64,000 bases of DNA. It comes from Octopus sinensis (taxonomy: Eukaryota). Positions 61,921 to 64,000 of the stretch are shown one piece after another. The number at the start of each line of letters is the position of its first letter. The stretch's first letter is position 1. The translations under genes and the position numbers were made by a program. The DNA is taken from assembly GCF_006345805.1 (NCBI RefSeq), contig NC_043003.1, positions 96,100,001-96,164,000 on the forward strand. The letters are read 5' to 3'. The notes beneath the pieces are model-generated. The model was not told the DNA's origin, did no database searches, and saw only the letters and a list, made by a program, of their open reading frames with translations.

Positions 61921-63117
61921 TAACAAAGAATAAAGGCTTGTATGATGCTTATGTTCAGAATGTGGTATCACAGAGTGGTGAGAGACAGGTACTGAATGTA
62001 GAGGGTATGTGGAGATTAGAAAGAAAGGAAAGTAACGCTAGGCATCGGAGGTATCTATTGTAATATCCAAGAGAAAAGAACGTGATAGTATTGGCTTGTG
62101 AAGGAGATGTTAAGTAGAGTGGGAAGGGCTGGCTGATGTCAAAATAATGAGTTTCGTACAGATGTTAATATAATGGAATTGTGACTGAGATCAAGTCAGA
62201 TGTGTGATGAAACATTTTGTAAGTTTACAGTATATAATAGGACCCCTTCTGCCATGAATGACAGTTCCCCTCCAAGGCACATGTCTGGGCAAGGTTGTTT
62301 TTGGAAGACTAGCAGCTGCCTATGCATGCCAGCCTCCCCTCTCCACACAACTGTGGTATCCAAGGGAAAGGCACAGGCCAATACAGCTTGGCACCAGTGA
62401 TGTTGCAACTCACTTGTACAGCAAGTGAACTGGTGCAGTGTAAAATAAAGTATCTTGTTCAAGAACACAACACACAGCCTGCTCAGCTATTAAAAAAGTA
62501 TATGTTATGTAAGAGTTTTTGTGTAAATGGGCTAACATAACACTTCTGCAATGTCATTGTTATTTTGTAAATATTACCTTTTAAAACTTGTTTACCATTG
62601 AAGTATGACAGTCAAGTATATTTTTAACTTTATTTACAAGAGACCATAAATATGAGTCATACAGTTTTTATGACTACTAAGTCAGAAATTACTGTTGTTG
62701 TAAGAAAAGTGGATTCAATGTGTATGTTATAGAGAGCTTTTTGTATTGCCAACAATGCACTGAAGTAGTCACACAAGAAACTTTTGATCAACAAGGTGAC
62801 AGATGTACAGAGTTCATAGTTGAGTAAATTAGCTACAAAAGTTCTTGTGCAAGATATTGTTGAAAGGCAACAATTATGTTTTTGCTACAATTGCCAACAA
62901 CAGAATGTAGGTTTATCTAGGATTTAAACTATCGTCTTTATCATCACAATATTTGCACAGGTTGGGTGGAATTTGTTGCGGTGGGTTTTTCTATGGCTGG
63001 ATGCTCTTCTTGACACCAACCCTGACATGTTTACAAATAAGGTAACATTATGGACTTGAATTTTCTGAGGCTGTTGAGAGTGGACTAGATGCCACCCAAG
63101 ATATGACACTCTACTTG

Positions 63118-63331
63118 TACAAGGGGTGCTGAAAAGTTCCTGACTTTGGATAGAAGAAAATACAGGAGGATTGGTTAATTATGATATTTTTCAACGTATT
63201 CCCCTCCCAGATTCACACACTTATTGCAGTGGTCCTTCAGTTTTTCTTAGCCCTGAACTCGGAAGGTTGGGCCTCCAACCAGGCCTTTCACGATATCTTT
63301 AAAGCCAAGAACTTTTCAGAACCTCCTTATA
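63118..63331. mobile_element. mariner-type MITE
   Basis: TA-CAAGGGGTGCTGAAAAGTTCCTGACTTT / AAAGCCAAGAACTTTTCAGAACCTCCTTA-TA. Confidence 0.75.
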
Positions 63332-63516
63332 TATTTATAGCTTTTAAATTTTTGATGATTATAATGACACAGCTGTATTTACCTTTACAGGGATTGGCTC
63401 ATTAATAAACTACAATAAAACTATTATGAGATACCCTCTTAACTATGAAGGCTGATACAAAAGTACAATTTAGCAGTGGTATGGTCCTCTGTTACCTCTC
63501 CTCTGAACAGGGCTAT

Positions 63517-63732
63517 TTAACCCTTTAGCATTTAAACCAGCCAAGCATTCTACCTGTTTTATGTTCACACTGGCCAGATCTGATCTCTCAAACTTACTCT
63601 ACAATGTATTTCTAAAAATAAACAATCACACCATCAAAATTCCAAAGCTATGAGTTAATGCAGGATTAATTCAAAACACTGTCAATACATAAGCATTACA
63701 TTCGGCAGAGTCTCTGAATGCTTAAGGGTTAA
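63517..63732. mobile_element. piggyBac-type MITE (family P1)
   Basis: TTAA-CCCTTTAGCATT ... AATGCTTAAGGG-TTAA. Confidence 0.8.
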
Positions 63733-64000
63733 ATGGTTATCCATTTTGGCAAATGTATGACTTCTGTAGAGAAGGTGTTTACTACACCCTTTATTAACTT
63801 TACAGGGATGATAGGCAAAGTAAAACCTGGCAATAAGCCTTGCACTATTTAAATGTGGGGCTAAAACCTAATCCTATACCCTGTTTTCAGGGATTTAAAC
63901 AAAAACAAGTAATCCAACCCCTCCCAGAATAAGGTGCTGGTTTTGTATATACTTCTTACTTTCAGCAGATATTGAACTCAGATAATACCAATATAATACC

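Noticed and set aside
62733-62795. Possible 63-bp symmetric exon (SFLYCQQCTEVVTQETFDQQ) between TATAG and GTGACA
   Set aside because: Weak splice signals, no recognisable protein family and no partner exons.

Overview
Repeat-saturated, AT-rich animal genomic DNA. The SINE, RTE and microsatellite landscape suggests a cephalopod, probably Octopus (inference). No host protein-coding exon could be supported, and almost all listed ORFs are microsatellite or antisense artefacts. Recognisable content: tRNA-derived SINEs, RTE and CR1-like LINE relics, several Tc1/mariner elements, piggyBac- and hAT-type MITEs, long (TA)n/(TATG)n arrays and three Penelope-like retroelement (PLE) bodies with GIY-YIG endonuclease. 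The standout signal is non-coding. I can fold about ten type I hammerhead ribozyme (HHR) motifs with clear stems by eye, plus about seven decayed or variant ones. They belong to several unrelated sequence families, mostly in short (TA)n-flanked pLTR/retrozyme-like units. Highlights: an ~8.4-kb train of five co-oriented PLE units (33885-42280), each with an HHR or HHR-like motif near its 3' end; a 400-bp palindrome carrying two opposed HHRs (17373-17776); and an RT-less PLE endonuclease ORF with long in-frame inserts (38589-39958). All folds were done manually and none is experimentally verified.
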